NCBI GenBank assembly: GCA_947501605.1
Contig: CANMWZ010000002.1
Coordinates: 1-64,000, forward strand
DNA: 64,000 nucleotides
Reading direction: 5' to 3'
DNA from: Planctomycetota bacterium
GTDB taxonomy: Bacteria; Planctomycetota; UBA1135; UBA2386
A program made the translations under genes and the position numbers. Under the pieces are notes generated by a model, which worked only from the letters and a program-made list of their open reading frames with translations, was not told where the DNA came from and did no database searches. Below are positions 8,757-18,835 of this stretch, piece after piece; the first letter of the stretch is position 1; every line of letters starts with the position of its first letter.

Positions 8757-10901
8757 ATGCGCGCCTCTACCCTGTTCGCCATCCTTCTGCTGTTCGCAGC
8801 CTGCGAGGGCAGCCCCGAGGCCACCAACAACGGGGGACCCACGACCTTCGCGCCGCCCTCCGTGCGCCGCGAGAACGTCGTCGACGACTACCACGGCACG
8901 CAGGTGCAGGACCCGTATCGCTGGCTCGAGGATCAGGACGGCGAGGAGGTGCAGGAGTTTGCCGCGGCACAGAACCGCGCCAGCCGAGCCTTCCTCGATG
9001 CGATCCCGGAGCGGGCGGCAGTACGGGCACGCCTTGCCGAACTCTGGAACTACGCGCGCTACGAACCACCCATCCGTCGCGGCGAGCGTTGGTTCTGGTG
9101 GAAGAACGACGGACTGCAGAACCAGGCCGTGCTCTACACAAGCGCCGATCCGAAGCTGGAAGGGGAGGTGCTGCTCGATCCCAACACGTTGAGCGCGGAC
9201 GGCACCCTGGCGATCAGCGGCCTCGCGATCGCGCACGACGGCAGCAAGATCGCCTATGGCACGAGCCAGAGCGGCAGCGATTGGCGCACCTTCCACGTCC
9301 TCGACGTAGCCAGCAAGCAGAAGCTGCCCGACGAGGTCCAGTGGTCGAAGTTCAGCGGCGCGAGTTGGACGAGAGACAGTGCGGGCTTCTTCTACCAGCG
9401 CTACGCGGAACCCAAGGCTGGGGAGACGTTCCAAGCGCCGAACAAGCAACCACAGCTTTGCTACCACAAGGTCGGAACCGAGCAGCACGAGGATCGAGTG
9501 ATCTATGAACGCCCCGACCAACCGGATTTCGGTTTTGGGCCACGTGTCACCGACGACGGGCGGTTCTTGCTGATCGGCATCTCCGAAGGCACGTCGCGCA
9601 AGAATCGCGTGGCCTACGTCGATCTCGATCAGGACCCAATGACCGTGCAAGCGCTGTGGATGGAGCCGGAGGCCAACTGGAACTTCCTCGGCAACGATGG
9701 CGACACGTTCTTCTTCCGCACCGACAAGGACGCGCCACGCGGCCGCATCGTTGCCCTCAATCGCAACACGCCGCAAGACTCGCTCTCGGAGCTGGTCCCT
9801 CAGAGCTCGGCGACGCTGCAGGATGCGGTGTTCTGCGGCCGGCAATTCGTCTGCCACTACCTCGACAACGCGAGCAGCGCCGTGCGCCTTTTCACGGCCA
9901 CCGGCGAGGCACGCGGAGCGATCGAGTTGCCGGGCGTCGGCACCGTTGCGAGCTTGACCGGGGCAGCCAGCGACACCGACGCGTACTTCACGTTCACGAC
10001 ATTCATCGCGCCGCCGACCATCTACCGCCTTGCCGTCGCGGACAAGACGCTGGCCCCGTGCCGCATCCCGGCCTTTCGAGGACGCAGCGACGACTTGGTC
10101 ACGCAACGGGTGTTCTTGCAGTCGAAGGACGGCACGCGCTTGTGCATGTTCTTGACGCACCAGCGCGGCCTACGCCTCGACGGCTCGGCGCCGTGCTACC
10201 TCTACGGCTACGGCGGCTTTGGCATCTCGGTGACACCATCGTTCCGCGTTGGCAACTTCGTCTTCTGTGAACGCGGCGGCATCTATGCGCAGGCCGTGTT
10301 GCGCGGCGGCGGCGAGTTCGGCGAGGACTGGCACCAACAGGGCATGCTGAGCAAGAAGCAGAATGTCTTTGACGACTTCACGGCCTGCGCCGAGTTCCTG
10401 GTGCGGAACCGCTACACGGAGAAGTCCCACCTCGCGATCGGCGGCGGCAGCAACGGCGGCCTCTTGGTGGGCGCCTGCCTCGTGCAGCGACCCGAGCTGT
10501 TCGCGGCGGCGATCCCCGAGGTCGGCGTCCTCGACATGTTGCGCTACCACCAGTTCACCATCGGCTGGGCCTGGGCCAGCGAGTACGGCCGCAGCGACGA
10601 CAAGGACCAGTTTGCGTGGCTCTACAACTACTCGCCGTTGCACAACATCGAACCGGGGGTCTCGTATCCGGCGGTGATGGTCATGACCGGCGATCACGAC
10701 GACCGCGTACTGCCGGGGCACAGCTACAAGTTTGCCGCCGCACTCCAGGCCGCACAGGCCGGCAGCTCGCCGGTGCTGCTGCGCGTGGAGACCAGCGCCG
10801 GCCACGGTGCAGGCAAGCCGGTAGGCAAGTTGATCGACGAAGCGGCGGACCGCCTTTCGTTCCTGCAAGCGACCGTTGGCGGCGGCAGTCCGCAGAAGTA
10901 G
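8757..10901 (+). CDS. Prolyl oligopeptidase (S9A), probable lipoprotein
   Basis: DPYRWLED, LYGYGGF, GGSNGGLL (catalytic Ser), DHDDRV (Asp), AGHGAGK (His); lipobox LLFAAC after ATG 8757. Confidence 0.95.
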   Translation: MRASTLFAILLLFAACEGSPEATNNGGPTTFAPPSVRRENVVDDYHGTQVQDPYRWLEDQDGEEVQEFAAAQNRASRAFLDAIPERAAVRARLAELWNYARYEPPIRRGERWFWWKNDGLQNQAVLYTSADPKLEGEVLLDPNTLSADGTLAISGLAIAHDGSKIAYGTSQSGSDWRTFHVLDVASKQKLPDEVQWSKFSGASWTRDSAGFFYQRYAEPKAGETFQAPNKQPQLCYHKVGTEQHEDRVIYERPDQPDFGFGPRVTDDGRFLLIGISEGTSRKNRVAYVDLDQDPMTVQALWMEPEANWNFLGNDGDTFFFRTDKDAPRGRIVALNRNTPQDSLSELVPQSSATLQDAVFCGRQFVCHYLDNASSAVRLFTATGEARGAIELPGVGTVASLTGAASDTDAYFTFTTFIAPPTIYRLAVADKTLAPCRIPAFRGRSDDLVTQRVFLQSKDGTRLCMFLTHQRGLRLDGSAPCYLYGYGGFGISVTPSFRVGNFVFCERGGIYAQAVLRGGGEFGEDWHQQGMLSKKQNVFDDFTACAEFLVRNRYTEKSHLAIGGGSNGGLLVGACLVQRPELFAAAIPEVGVLDMLRYHQFTIGWAWASEYGRSDDKDQFAWLYNYSPLHNIEPGVSYPAVMVMTGDHDDRVLPGHSYKFAAALQAAQAGSSPVLLRVETSAGHGAGKPVGKLIDEAADRLSFLQATVGGGSPQK

Positions 10902-11044
10902 GCGGCGCGGAACGAGGACCGACTGCGGGGAAGCGCGCGCCGTCGGCGGAGATTCGTCGAGGCTCTGCCCTTGCGCCGCGTGCTTTCGGCACTCTCCACC
11001 GGCGCCGGCTGCCGACCATGACGCGGCGGACCAAAGACAGCCTG

Positions 11045-11923
11045 TTAGACCATGACCGCATCGAGCGCGGCCAGCACCTCTGCCACGCGCACGTTCGGAG
11101 GACCTTCTGTCCTCCGACCGACGACGGCCACCTGCGCACCTTGAGGTCGGTAGACCCGACTCTCGCTCGGTCCGAACAGCGCGACCGTCGGCACCGAGAG
11201 CATCGCCGCCAGGTGCGTGGTACCGCTGTCGTTGCCAACGAATGCGGCCGCTCCCTCGAGTCGCCGCGCCAGCAAAGTGCACGGCATGTCTGTGAGCCAC
11301 GTCGCGGTCGGTGCAAAGCCCCAGTGCCTAGGGTCGTCGCGGTCGCACTCGGTTGGTCCCACCACGATTTCGATCGCGCGACCCGCAGCGAGCAACAAGG
11401 CTGCCAGTTCGAGCCACCGAGTCCTGGGCCAGCACTTCAGCAGGCCGCCGCTGCCAGGGGCCAACACGATCGGTCGGTGCGGCGTCGCGGCCGCAGCCAA
11501 CCGTCGGGTCGTCAGTGACGCCTCGCCGAGATCCACGGTCAGATCGAGCTGCGCGGCGATCTGGAGGGCAAGCGGCACATCGTCGCGGGCCGGCCGCGGG
11601 TCAAAAGTCGCTACCGGCACGCGCCGAACGTGCGCGGCAACGACCGGATCGTCGCTGACGATCGCCGCGTAGTGCGACATACGGGCGCGCGCGCGTTCGC
11701 CGCGGTCGTCGTCAAGACCAAGGGCCCACAGCCCCAGGTCCTCGGTCGACATCGCCCGATCCACCACCGCGTAGATCGCCAACACTTCGGCAAACTCAGC
11801 AACGCCAGCAAAGTGCAGATCGACCGCAGCAGCGCTACGTGCCGAGGCCGCGCGCCGCACGGCTGCGCAGATCGGCGCCATCAGCAGGGTATCGCCGAGG
11901 CCGCCGCGCCGGATCACCAGCAC
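11045..11923 (-). CDS. Glycosyltransferase family 9 (heptosyltransferase-like)
   Basis: IRRGGLGDTLL, APGSG...KCWP, FVGNDSGTTHLAA, VPTVALFGPS motifs. Confidence 0.85.
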   Translation of the reverse strand: MLVIRRGGLGDTLLMAPICAAVRRAASARSAAAVDLHFAGVAEFAEVLAIYAVVDRAMSTEDLGLWALGLDDDRGERARARMSHYAAIVSDDPVVAAHVRRVPVATFDPRPARDDVPLALQIAAQLDLTVDLGEASLTTRRLAAAATPHRPIVLAPGSGGLLKCWPRTRWLELAALLLAAGRAIEIVVGPTECDRDDPRHWGFAPTATWLTDMPCTLLARRLEGAAAFVGNDSGTTHLAAMLSVPTVALFGPSESRVYRPQGAQVAVVGRRTEGPPNVRVAEVLAALDAVMV

Positions 11924-11961
11924 GGCGGGGATCGCCCCGGTCCCGCTCGAACCGCGCGGGC

Positions 11962-12573
11962 TCAGCCCTTCAACGCTTCGTGGACCTTGCCCACGAGCTT
12001 GGCACCTGGCTTCAGGGTGCGGTCACCGGCCTTCTTCCACTTCGCCGGGCAGGCCTCACTGGGCAGCTTGCTGAAGTGCACAAACGCGCTGACCTTGCGG
12101 GTCAGCTCTTCCATGTTGCGGCCAATGTTCAAGAAGTTGATCTCGCTGCCGTGCAACTTGCCGTCCGGGCCAATGATGAAGCTGCCGCGCAGCGCCAAGC
12201 CCGCTTCGGCCATGTAGACACCGAACATCTTGCTGACCTTGCCGGTCGTATCGCTGGCCATCGCGTACTGGACGCCCTTCAGCTCGCCCTCGTCGCGTTG
12301 CCACGCCATATGCGTGAACTTCGTGTCGGTGCTGACGGTCAGGAGCTCGACACCGATCGCCTTCAGGGCCGCGTGTTGTTCGGCCAGCGCCGAGAACTCC
12401 GTCGCGCAGACAAAGGTGAAGTCTGCTGGGTAGAACACGAGCACCGTCCACTTGCCGGCCTTCATCGTCTCGGCCAAGTTGAACTTGCCGAAGTCCTGCT
12501 TGCTCGGCTCGTAGGTGTCCATCGAGAAGTCGGGCACTACCTGCCCGACCTGGATCGTCGTCACTTCACTCAT
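11962..12573 (-). CDS. ahpC: 2-Cys peroxiredoxin (AhpC/Prx1 type)
   Basis: YPADFTFVC (PxxxTxxC), ALRGSFII, IGRN..E, resolving ACPAKW; start set at ATG 12573. Confidence 0.92.
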   Translation of the reverse strand: MSEVTTIQVGQVVPDFSMDTYEPSKQDFGKFNLAETMKAGKWTVLVFYPADFTFVCATEFSALAEQHAALKAIGVELLTVSTDTKFTHMAWQRDEGELKGVQYAMASDTTGKVSKMFGVYMAEAGLALRGSFIIGPDGKLHGSEINFLNIGRNMEELTRKVSAFVHFSKLPSEACPAKWKKAGDRTLKPGAKLVGKVHEALKG

Positions 12574-12762
12574 CGGTCTGCCTCTCGCTCTTGATCGAGC
12601 CTTCGGGGTTGAATGCGTCCTGGTTTGGGGCGCAAACGGTAGCGAGCATCCGCGCACGAGGCCAGCACGAACCTGCAGGCTGCGGCGCACCGGAAGGACC
12701 GTTGTGCGTCGGCCAGTTTCGCCGTTCCCTCGACCGCGCGCCCGCGGCACCATGTTCGCCCC

Positions 12763-14847
12763 GTGAACTCGCCGACTCCTACCCCTGCGACCCCAACCAC
12801 TCCCGTGGCTTCGAAACCGTCGACGGCGGCCAAAGCGCTGGCTGCGGCCGGCGACGCCGAATCCGCGCGCGACGTGTCGGCACTGGACGACTCCGCCCAG
12901 AACGCCGCGCTGCGGCTTGGCGCCAAGAAGCGCAGCCTGGTCGAGCGCCTGATCTACGGGCCACTACCAGACAACGAAGAACTGCAGAGCGGGGCGCGAG
13001 CGCACCAAGCGGCCGAACCGCGAGGCGCAGCCGCAGTCGAAGCCGCCATCGCCTGCATGCAGCGCGGCGAGGCGTTCTCCGCCGACGGCAAGCTCTCGGT
13101 CGCCTTGCGCGCCACCGTCGCCAAGGAGAAGGCCTACGGCTTCACCGTGCCGGCGGAGTTCGGCGGCCTCGGCGGCCAGTATGTCGAACTGGCCCTCGCC
13201 GAAGAGGACCTCGCCGCCAATGGACTTGGCGCGCTAGCCGTCGAGATCTCCGGCGAACTGACGATCGGCGCCGGCTCGTTGCTCGCCTATGGCACGGACA
13301 CGCAGAAACGCACGTTCCTACCGATGATCGCCGAGGGCCAGTTGATGGCGTTCGGCCTCACCGAGGTTGGCATCGGCGTCAACGCCAAGAAGGTCCGGGC
13401 CTACGTCGAGCCCGATCCGCAGACCGGCGGCTTTCGCCTGTTTGCCGATGGTGATCGCAACAAGCTGTGGATCACCAACGCGACGCACGGCGCGCTCGTC
13501 GGGCTCGTCGCCCGCGTCGGCAAGGACGGCAAACAGGTCGGACTGTTCATCACCCGTCTCCCCGAACGCGACCTGTCGCCTGTCGACGGCGTCGATTTCG
13601 AGTTCCGCTGCACGCCGTCAGGCGTCGACGCCTTCCAAGCCAACTGGAACTCGCGCATCCACTGCAAGAACTTGCCGATCGCCAAGGATGGCCAGATCCA
13701 GGCCGACGGCGTCGAAGTGCTGTTCTACTGCTTGCGGATGGGCCGCTGCATGTTGGCCTCGATGGCGGCCGGCTACCAACGCATGTTTGCGGCCGACGCC
13801 GCCCACTACGCGCGCAATCGCGACGGCGTCGGTGGGCTCGTGGTGAAGCACGAACTACCGCGACTCGCACTCGGCAAGATGCTCGGCGGCGCATTGCAAA
13901 GCCGCGCGCTGAGTCACTTGTCGCTGAAGCAGGATCACGATGGCGTCGACCTCGCCGGCCTGCGGGATCTGACCAAGTCGGCTGCGGCCGGCACCGCACT
14001 CGAATCGCTGATCGCGTGCGAACGCGTGCTCGGTGGGCGTTCGTTCGACATCACATCCCGCGTCAACGCCGCGCGCGCCAACATGCACGTGTTTGGCGTC
14101 GTCGAGGGCGAGGACGATTTGATCCTCATGGGCATGGTCAAGGACGTGACCGGCCCGTTCACCGATCGCTACATGGCGGGCATGCTGTCGGTAATCCAGT
14201 CGATCAACGAAGGCCCGGATGGCAAGCCGTTGCCTGCCGATCAGAGACTCCTGCGCCTCACCCCGCTCACGCTCTTCACCGAACCGCGACGTTTGCTGCA
14301 GGCCACGGTTCGACTGCTGACCCGCGGCTCGTTCTGGTTGCTCGCTGGCTGGATCGTCGTCAACCTGCTGCTCGAAGTCCTGCGGCTGCCGTTGCTGCTG
14401 GTGCCGACGGACTGGATGCCGCGCTACCAGTTGTTGCAGAAACCACTGCGCTCCTACGCCCGCCGCGCCGAGCGCCGCCTTCGCTGGCTGCGCTTTGCCT
14501 ATCTCGGCATCAACCTGTGGTTCCAGCTCGAACTGACGCGCGCGCAGATCCCGCTGCAGCGTCTGGGCAAAGTGATCGAGCACCTCGTCTCGGTCGTCGT
14601 GCTCTGCCACCACGGCAAGGTGCAAGACGCGACGCAACAGCGCACCGCGGCGCTGCAGTGCGAACTCCTGCTGCAAAAGGCGGACGCCCTGCCGCTGCTC
14701 CGAGGCCTGCCGCAAATGGAACGGCTGCGCTCTCTGGTCGCCGGTGTCGGCCAGGACGTCGAACAGAACACCAACACGCTCCTGTCGGGGCTCGCGCCGC
14801 AACCGTTCGCACACCCGTTCGAGCCACCGCAGAAGAAGGCGCGCTGA
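12763..14847 (+). CDS. Acyl-CoA dehydrogenase family protein with C-terminal extension
   Basis: VPAEFGGLG, YGTDTQK..FLP..A.G...AFGLTE, KLWITN, LRMGR, LGGRSF, VEGEDD. Confidence 0.85.
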   Translation: MNSPTPTPATPTTPVASKPSTAAKALAAAGDAESARDVSALDDSAQNAALRLGAKKRSLVERLIYGPLPDNEELQSGARAHQAAEPRGAAAVEAAIACMQRGEAFSADGKLSVALRATVAKEKAYGFTVPAEFGGLGGQYVELALAEEDLAANGLGALAVEISGELTIGAGSLLAYGTDTQKRTFLPMIAEGQLMAFGLTEVGIGVNAKKVRAYVEPDPQTGGFRLFADGDRNKLWITNATHGALVGLVARVGKDGKQVGLFITRLPERDLSPVDGVDFEFRCTPSGVDAFQANWNSRIHCKNLPIAKDGQIQADGVEVLFYCLRMGRCMLASMAAGYQRMFAADAAHYARNRDGVGGLVVKHELPRLALGKMLGGALQSRALSHLSLKQDHDGVDLAGLRDLTKSAAAGTALESLIACERVLGGRSFDITSRVNAARANMHVFGVVEGEDDLILMGMVKDVTGPFTDRYMAGMLSVIQSINEGPDGKPLPADQRLLRLTPLTLFTEPRRLLQATVRLLTRGSFWLLAGWIVVNLLLEVLRLPLLLVPTDWMPRYQLLQKPLRSYARRAERRLRWLRFAYLGINLWFQLELTRAQIPLQRLGKVIEHLVSVVVLCHHGKVQDATQQRTAALQCELLLQKADALPLLRGLPQMERLRSLVAGVGQDVEQNTNTLLSGLAPQPFAHPFEPPQKKAR

Positions 14848-15205
14848 GTCCAGGAGCCAGTCAGGACCGGTGTCGGCCTGGCCTGCAGTTGCGCGCGGAG
14901 CGGTGGCCTGATGGCTCGTTGGCGGACCGCGCCATCAACGCAGAGACCCTTTCGGCGCGACCGACGACCGCCACTCCCGTCCCTGGCTCCGACTCGGGTG
15001 CACCTGGAGCTGCCGTGTACGACGAGGGCCAACACCGCCGGTCTCGGCACCAACCGGCCACCGGTTAGGTGTGGCATGCCCCGCGACGGCACGAGTGCAC
15101 GCACCCGGCGGGGAACGGGCAGCCGTTGCAGACTGCTACCCGACGTGCCTTGACTCGCGACTCACACTTCGTTCGGCCGCACCTTCGCGGCATGATGCGG
15201 CGCCG

Positions 15206-16423
15206 ATGCGCGTACTCTTTCTCGCCCCCGACACTCACGTCTACAACCACGGCTTCGTGCAGGGACTGAAGTCGATTGGTGCCAAGGTCTGGGGCATTGG
15301 ACCGGCGCCGAAGGATCGCGTTCGCCAGGACGTGCTGCGACTGCTCGATGGCTACGCGCCCTGTCCACACATGCTCGACGCGCCCGGCGTGCAGCGTGCA
15401 GCGACCGCGTTTGCCGGCGTGACCTTTGATCGCGTGGAGACCATCGACGAACCGCTGGTCGAAACCGCAGCGCTGCTGCGCCAGACCTACACGCTCCCCG
15501 GCCTCTCGATCGAGACCAGCAGGTTGTGCCGTGACAAGGTCGCGATGAAGGCCTTCCTCCGCGCCCGCGGCATCCCGTGCGCCGCCTCGGCGGCGGCGAG
15601 CAGCCTGCGCGACGCCGAGGTCTTCGTCGAGCAGCACGGCTACCCGGTAATCTGCAAACCAATCGCTGGTTTTGGTGCGCTGCAGACCTTCGCGGTTCGC
15701 GACCGCGAGCAACTCGAACGCGCGATCGAACAACTCAAGCCGTCGAACGAGAACCAAGTCGCCATGGAGGAGTTCGTCGAGGGCCACGAGGGCTTCCTCG
15801 ACACGATCACGGACACCGAGGGCGTGCGCCACGACTTCGTCGCGCACTACTTTCCGGGGTGCCTCGAGGCAAGTCGCGACCACACCGTGGCGCCCCAGAT
15901 CGCCGTCTCGAATCGCATCGAGCAACACGGTTATCGCGAGGTCCGCAGGCTCGCCACCGACGTCATCCACGCGCTGGGCCTTCGCAACACCGCGACGCAC
16001 ATGGAGTGGTTCTTTGGTCCCAAGGGGATGAAGTTCTCCGAGATCGGCGCCCGCCCCGCGGGCGAGAAGATCTGGGACATGTACCGCTTCGCCAACGAGT
16101 TCGACGTCTACCGCGAGTGGGCGTTGGCGATCACCGGACGCCCGTCCGAGCAGAAGCCGTCGCGGCGCTACGCCGCGGGCTCAGTGCAGGTTCGCCCTGA
16201 TCGCGACGGTCGCGTCCTCGCTCACGACGGTCTGGAAGAGACCTGGGCCCGATGCCGCCGTTTCTTCTACGAGTACGAGATCCCGACTCCGGGCTCGCCG
16301 ACGCGATCTCTCGACAAAGGCTGGCTCGTCAACACGTGGTTCCGCCTGCGCCACGAGGACTACGACGAATTGCGCGCCCTGATGACGTTCGTGGGCCGCA
16401 CGGTGAAGTGCCGGGCAAAGTGA
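15206..16423 (+). CDS. ATP-grasp domain protein
   Basis: RDKVAMK, GYPVICKPIAGFG, EEFVEGHE, THMEWF, FSEIGARP; start set at ATG 15206. Confidence 0.85.
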   Translation: MRVLFLAPDTHVYNHGFVQGLKSIGAKVWGIGPAPKDRVRQDVLRLLDGYAPCPHMLDAPGVQRAATAFAGVTFDRVETIDEPLVETAALLRQTYTLPGLSIETSRLCRDKVAMKAFLRARGIPCAASAAASSLRDAEVFVEQHGYPVICKPIAGFGALQTFAVRDREQLERAIEQLKPSNENQVAMEEFVEGHEGFLDTITDTEGVRHDFVAHYFPGCLEASRDHTVAPQIAVSNRIEQHGYREVRRLATDVIHALGLRNTATHMEWFFGPKGMKFSEIGARPAGEKIWDMYRFANEFDVYREWALAITGRPSEQKPSRRYAAGSVQVRPDRDGRVLAHDGLEETWARCRRFFYEYEIPTPGSPTRSLDKGWLVNTWFRLRHEDYDELRALMTFVGRTVKCRAK

Positions 16424-16698
16424 GTCGCGGCATCGCCGCTCTGCACGACGAGCGAATGCACTTCTGCCGCGCAGTCCGGGGCGGTCGAGGACGACACCCC
16501 TCTGGGTCGCGTGTTGCTTGTGGAGCCAGCGGGATTGGTCTTGGGGCACGAGAACCGGGCAAAGGACGAGGCTGGCACAACGCCGCGGGAGTGTCGGTAG
16601 CAGTCGTGCAGACGGCGCAGAGGAGCGACCGTTTGTGCCGGTCGTTGGCGTAGCCTGCGGTTCTAGCAGAAGCACTGTCACACCGCCGTCTCTCCGCG

Positions 16699-17826
16699 AT
16701 GCTCACAACCGTCTTCCGTGTCTCCTTGCTGGTCGCCTTCACCGCTCCCTTGGCGGTCGCGCAAGCGCCCACTGACTCCAGCGATGTGACGGCACGAGTC
16801 GAGGTCTTTCTCCGCAGGCCGGCGAAGGAACAAGACGCCCGACTCCACGACCTCGAGGCCGCCGTCGCAGCGGCAACTCTGCTGGGCGATGCCGCGTGGC
16901 GCGGACTGTTGACCGAAGCCGCGGCACCCTCGCCCCAAAGGACCAAGTCCTTTCCGCGCCGCTATGCGGGCAAGAAGGCGCCGAAGGCGGTCGATCGCGA
17001 AACCACGGTGATCTCCCAGTCGCGCCACTATGTGTTCGGACTCGGGATCATCGAAGACGACTTCGCGGGGCCCAGAGTCAGCACGGCCGCATTGCAGAGC
17101 GAGCATCGGCGACACCGAGCCCACCACGCACTGCTAGGCGCATTGCCGGATATCGACGCGGCGCAGGCCCAGCTCCTTCGCATCCTCGACGGCGATGCGC
17201 GTGCCGATCCCTTCGCGGCATTCCTCGAGTCGTGGCGCAACGGCGAGGAGTCGTTCTATCAGGCTCTGGACCGCACGGCCGGCACCAAGGACAGCGTGTT
17301 CTTCTACGACGTCATGTTGCAGGACTTCACCACCGTGTTCGGCAAAGACAACGACGGCCGGGCCCTGTTGAAGGGCCTGCAAGCGACCCACGACGGGCTG
17401 CACGAGGCATTCCTGACCTACCGCCAGTACCGCGCCTTCCGCGAGGCGATCGCATGGTCCCTGGTGCTGCCTTCCGACGTGGCACTGCCAGCATCGCTAA
17501 CCCGCTACGAAGCGAAGGTCGAGGGGGCCTACTCGTTGCGCGAACAGGCCGTGATGCTGCTCGCCCTTGCGGATTTCGACCCGCGCATCGTGGCCCGAGC
17601 CGCCGCCGCACAAGCGGCGCCCTTGCCCGAGCCGCTGTGGATGCAGAAGTACGATCCCTACCCGTCGTGGAACCTTGCCTTTGCCGCTGCGATCCCCGCG
17701 ATGATCGACAGCGCCGGTAGCACCGATGCCTGGTTGCAACAGGCTCGAACGGCGCTCGACAGTCGCGCCGCAACGATCCGCACGGCTGCTCGGCAGGCGC
17801 TCGAGGACAAGAGTGCGGCCCACTGA
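16699..17826 (+). CDS. Exported hypothetical protein
   Basis: Signal peptide ending APLAVA|Q; protein-like composition in a 375-aa frame; no family recognised. Confidence 0.75.
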   Translation: MLTTVFRVSLLVAFTAPLAVAQAPTDSSDVTARVEVFLRRPAKEQDARLHDLEAAVAAATLLGDAAWRGLLTEAAAPSPQRTKSFPRRYAGKKAPKAVDRETTVISQSRHYVFGLGIIEDDFAGPRVSTAALQSEHRRHRAHHALLGALPDIDAAQAQLLRILDGDARADPFAAFLESWRNGEESFYQALDRTAGTKDSVFFYDVMLQDFTTVFGKDNDGRALLKGLQATHDGLHEAFLTYRQYRAFREAIAWSLVLPSDVALPASLTRYEAKVEGAYSLREQAVMLLALADFDPRIVARAAAAQAAPLPEPLWMQKYDPYPSWNLAFAAAIPAMIDSAGSTDAWLQQARTALDSRAATIRTAARQALEDKSAAH

Positions 17827-17957
17827 CGAGGTCGCGATCGAGACGTCCTGCACCGGTCAAGAACGCGCGCAAGGCGGTCCGAAGAGACCCCGAACGCTGG
17901 ACCGCGCGATCGCCGCGCTGGCTCCTGTTCGTAGCAATTCCTATCGTCCTCGGCTCT

Positions 17958-18734
17958 ATGGCACGCACGCCGCAACAACTCGACGAGATCCGCCGCCGGG
18001 TCGCCCAAATCCAATCCTGGTACCATCGCATCGACCTCGGTGACGGGATCGAGACGCCGGGCCACTTCCGGATGGCGGACTACCTGCGCTACTACCACTT
18101 CCCAGAACGCATGGACGGCATGCGGATCCTCGATGTCGGCGCCAGCACCGGCTTCTTCGCCTACGAGTTCGAGCGCCGCGGTGCCGCCGAAGTGATCGGT
18201 ATCGAGTTGCCGAGTTGGGGTGACCACGACTGGACGCCGCGCTACCGGCGCGAGTTCGAGGCGAAGGCACAGACCGAGAAGCAGAACATCGACCGCGAAG
18301 TCATGCTCGATGGCTTCACGGTGGTCGGCGAGGCCCTCGGTAGCAAGCGCTGCAAGCGCGTGTTCCAGACCATCTACGATCTCGATCCCAACAAGCTCGG
18401 TCAGTTCGACCTCGTATTCTCGGGAGCGATGCTGATGCACGTGCGCGATCCCATCCTGGGCATCCAGAAAATGCGCGCCTGCTGCAAGCCGTCAGGCCGC
18501 CTGATCGTTTCGCTTTCTACCACGATGCCCGATGCCAAGGATCCGATCGCGCGGTTCGTCGGCGAGTGGAACCAGTGCAACTGGTGGCAGATGAGCCCGC
18601 GCGCGCTCGACGAGATCTTGAAGTGCTGCGACTTCGATCGCATCGAGAACCGCGAGACGTACACGCTGCAAGATGTCACGGGGCAGTTCCACGACCCGAC
18701 CTACGTCTGTCACGCGTTCCCGCGTCAGGACTGA
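17958..18734 (+). CDS. Class I SAM-dependent methyltransferase (CmoB/DUF1698-like)
   Basis: WYHRIDLGDG..TPG, RILDVGASTGFFA..FERRGA, FDLVF...LMHVRDP. Confidence 0.85.
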   Translation: MARTPQQLDEIRRRVAQIQSWYHRIDLGDGIETPGHFRMADYLRYYHFPERMDGMRILDVGASTGFFAYEFERRGAAEVIGIELPSWGDHDWTPRYRREFEAKAQTEKQNIDREVMLDGFTVVGEALGSKRCKRVFQTIYDLDPNKLGQFDLVFSGAMLMHVRDPILGIQKMRACCKPSGRLIVSLSTTMPDAKDPIARFVGEWNQCNWWQMSPRALDEILKCCDFDRIENRETYTLQDVTGQFHDPTYVCHAFPRQD

Positions 18735-18835
18735 GGCGGCGCGGCGCAGCCGCCGAGAACGAGGGGAAGCTGGTTTGGCGCCGAAAGCACCAACCGGCGC
18801 AATCCTGCTGGCGCGTTGTGCAACCACTTCTAGCG

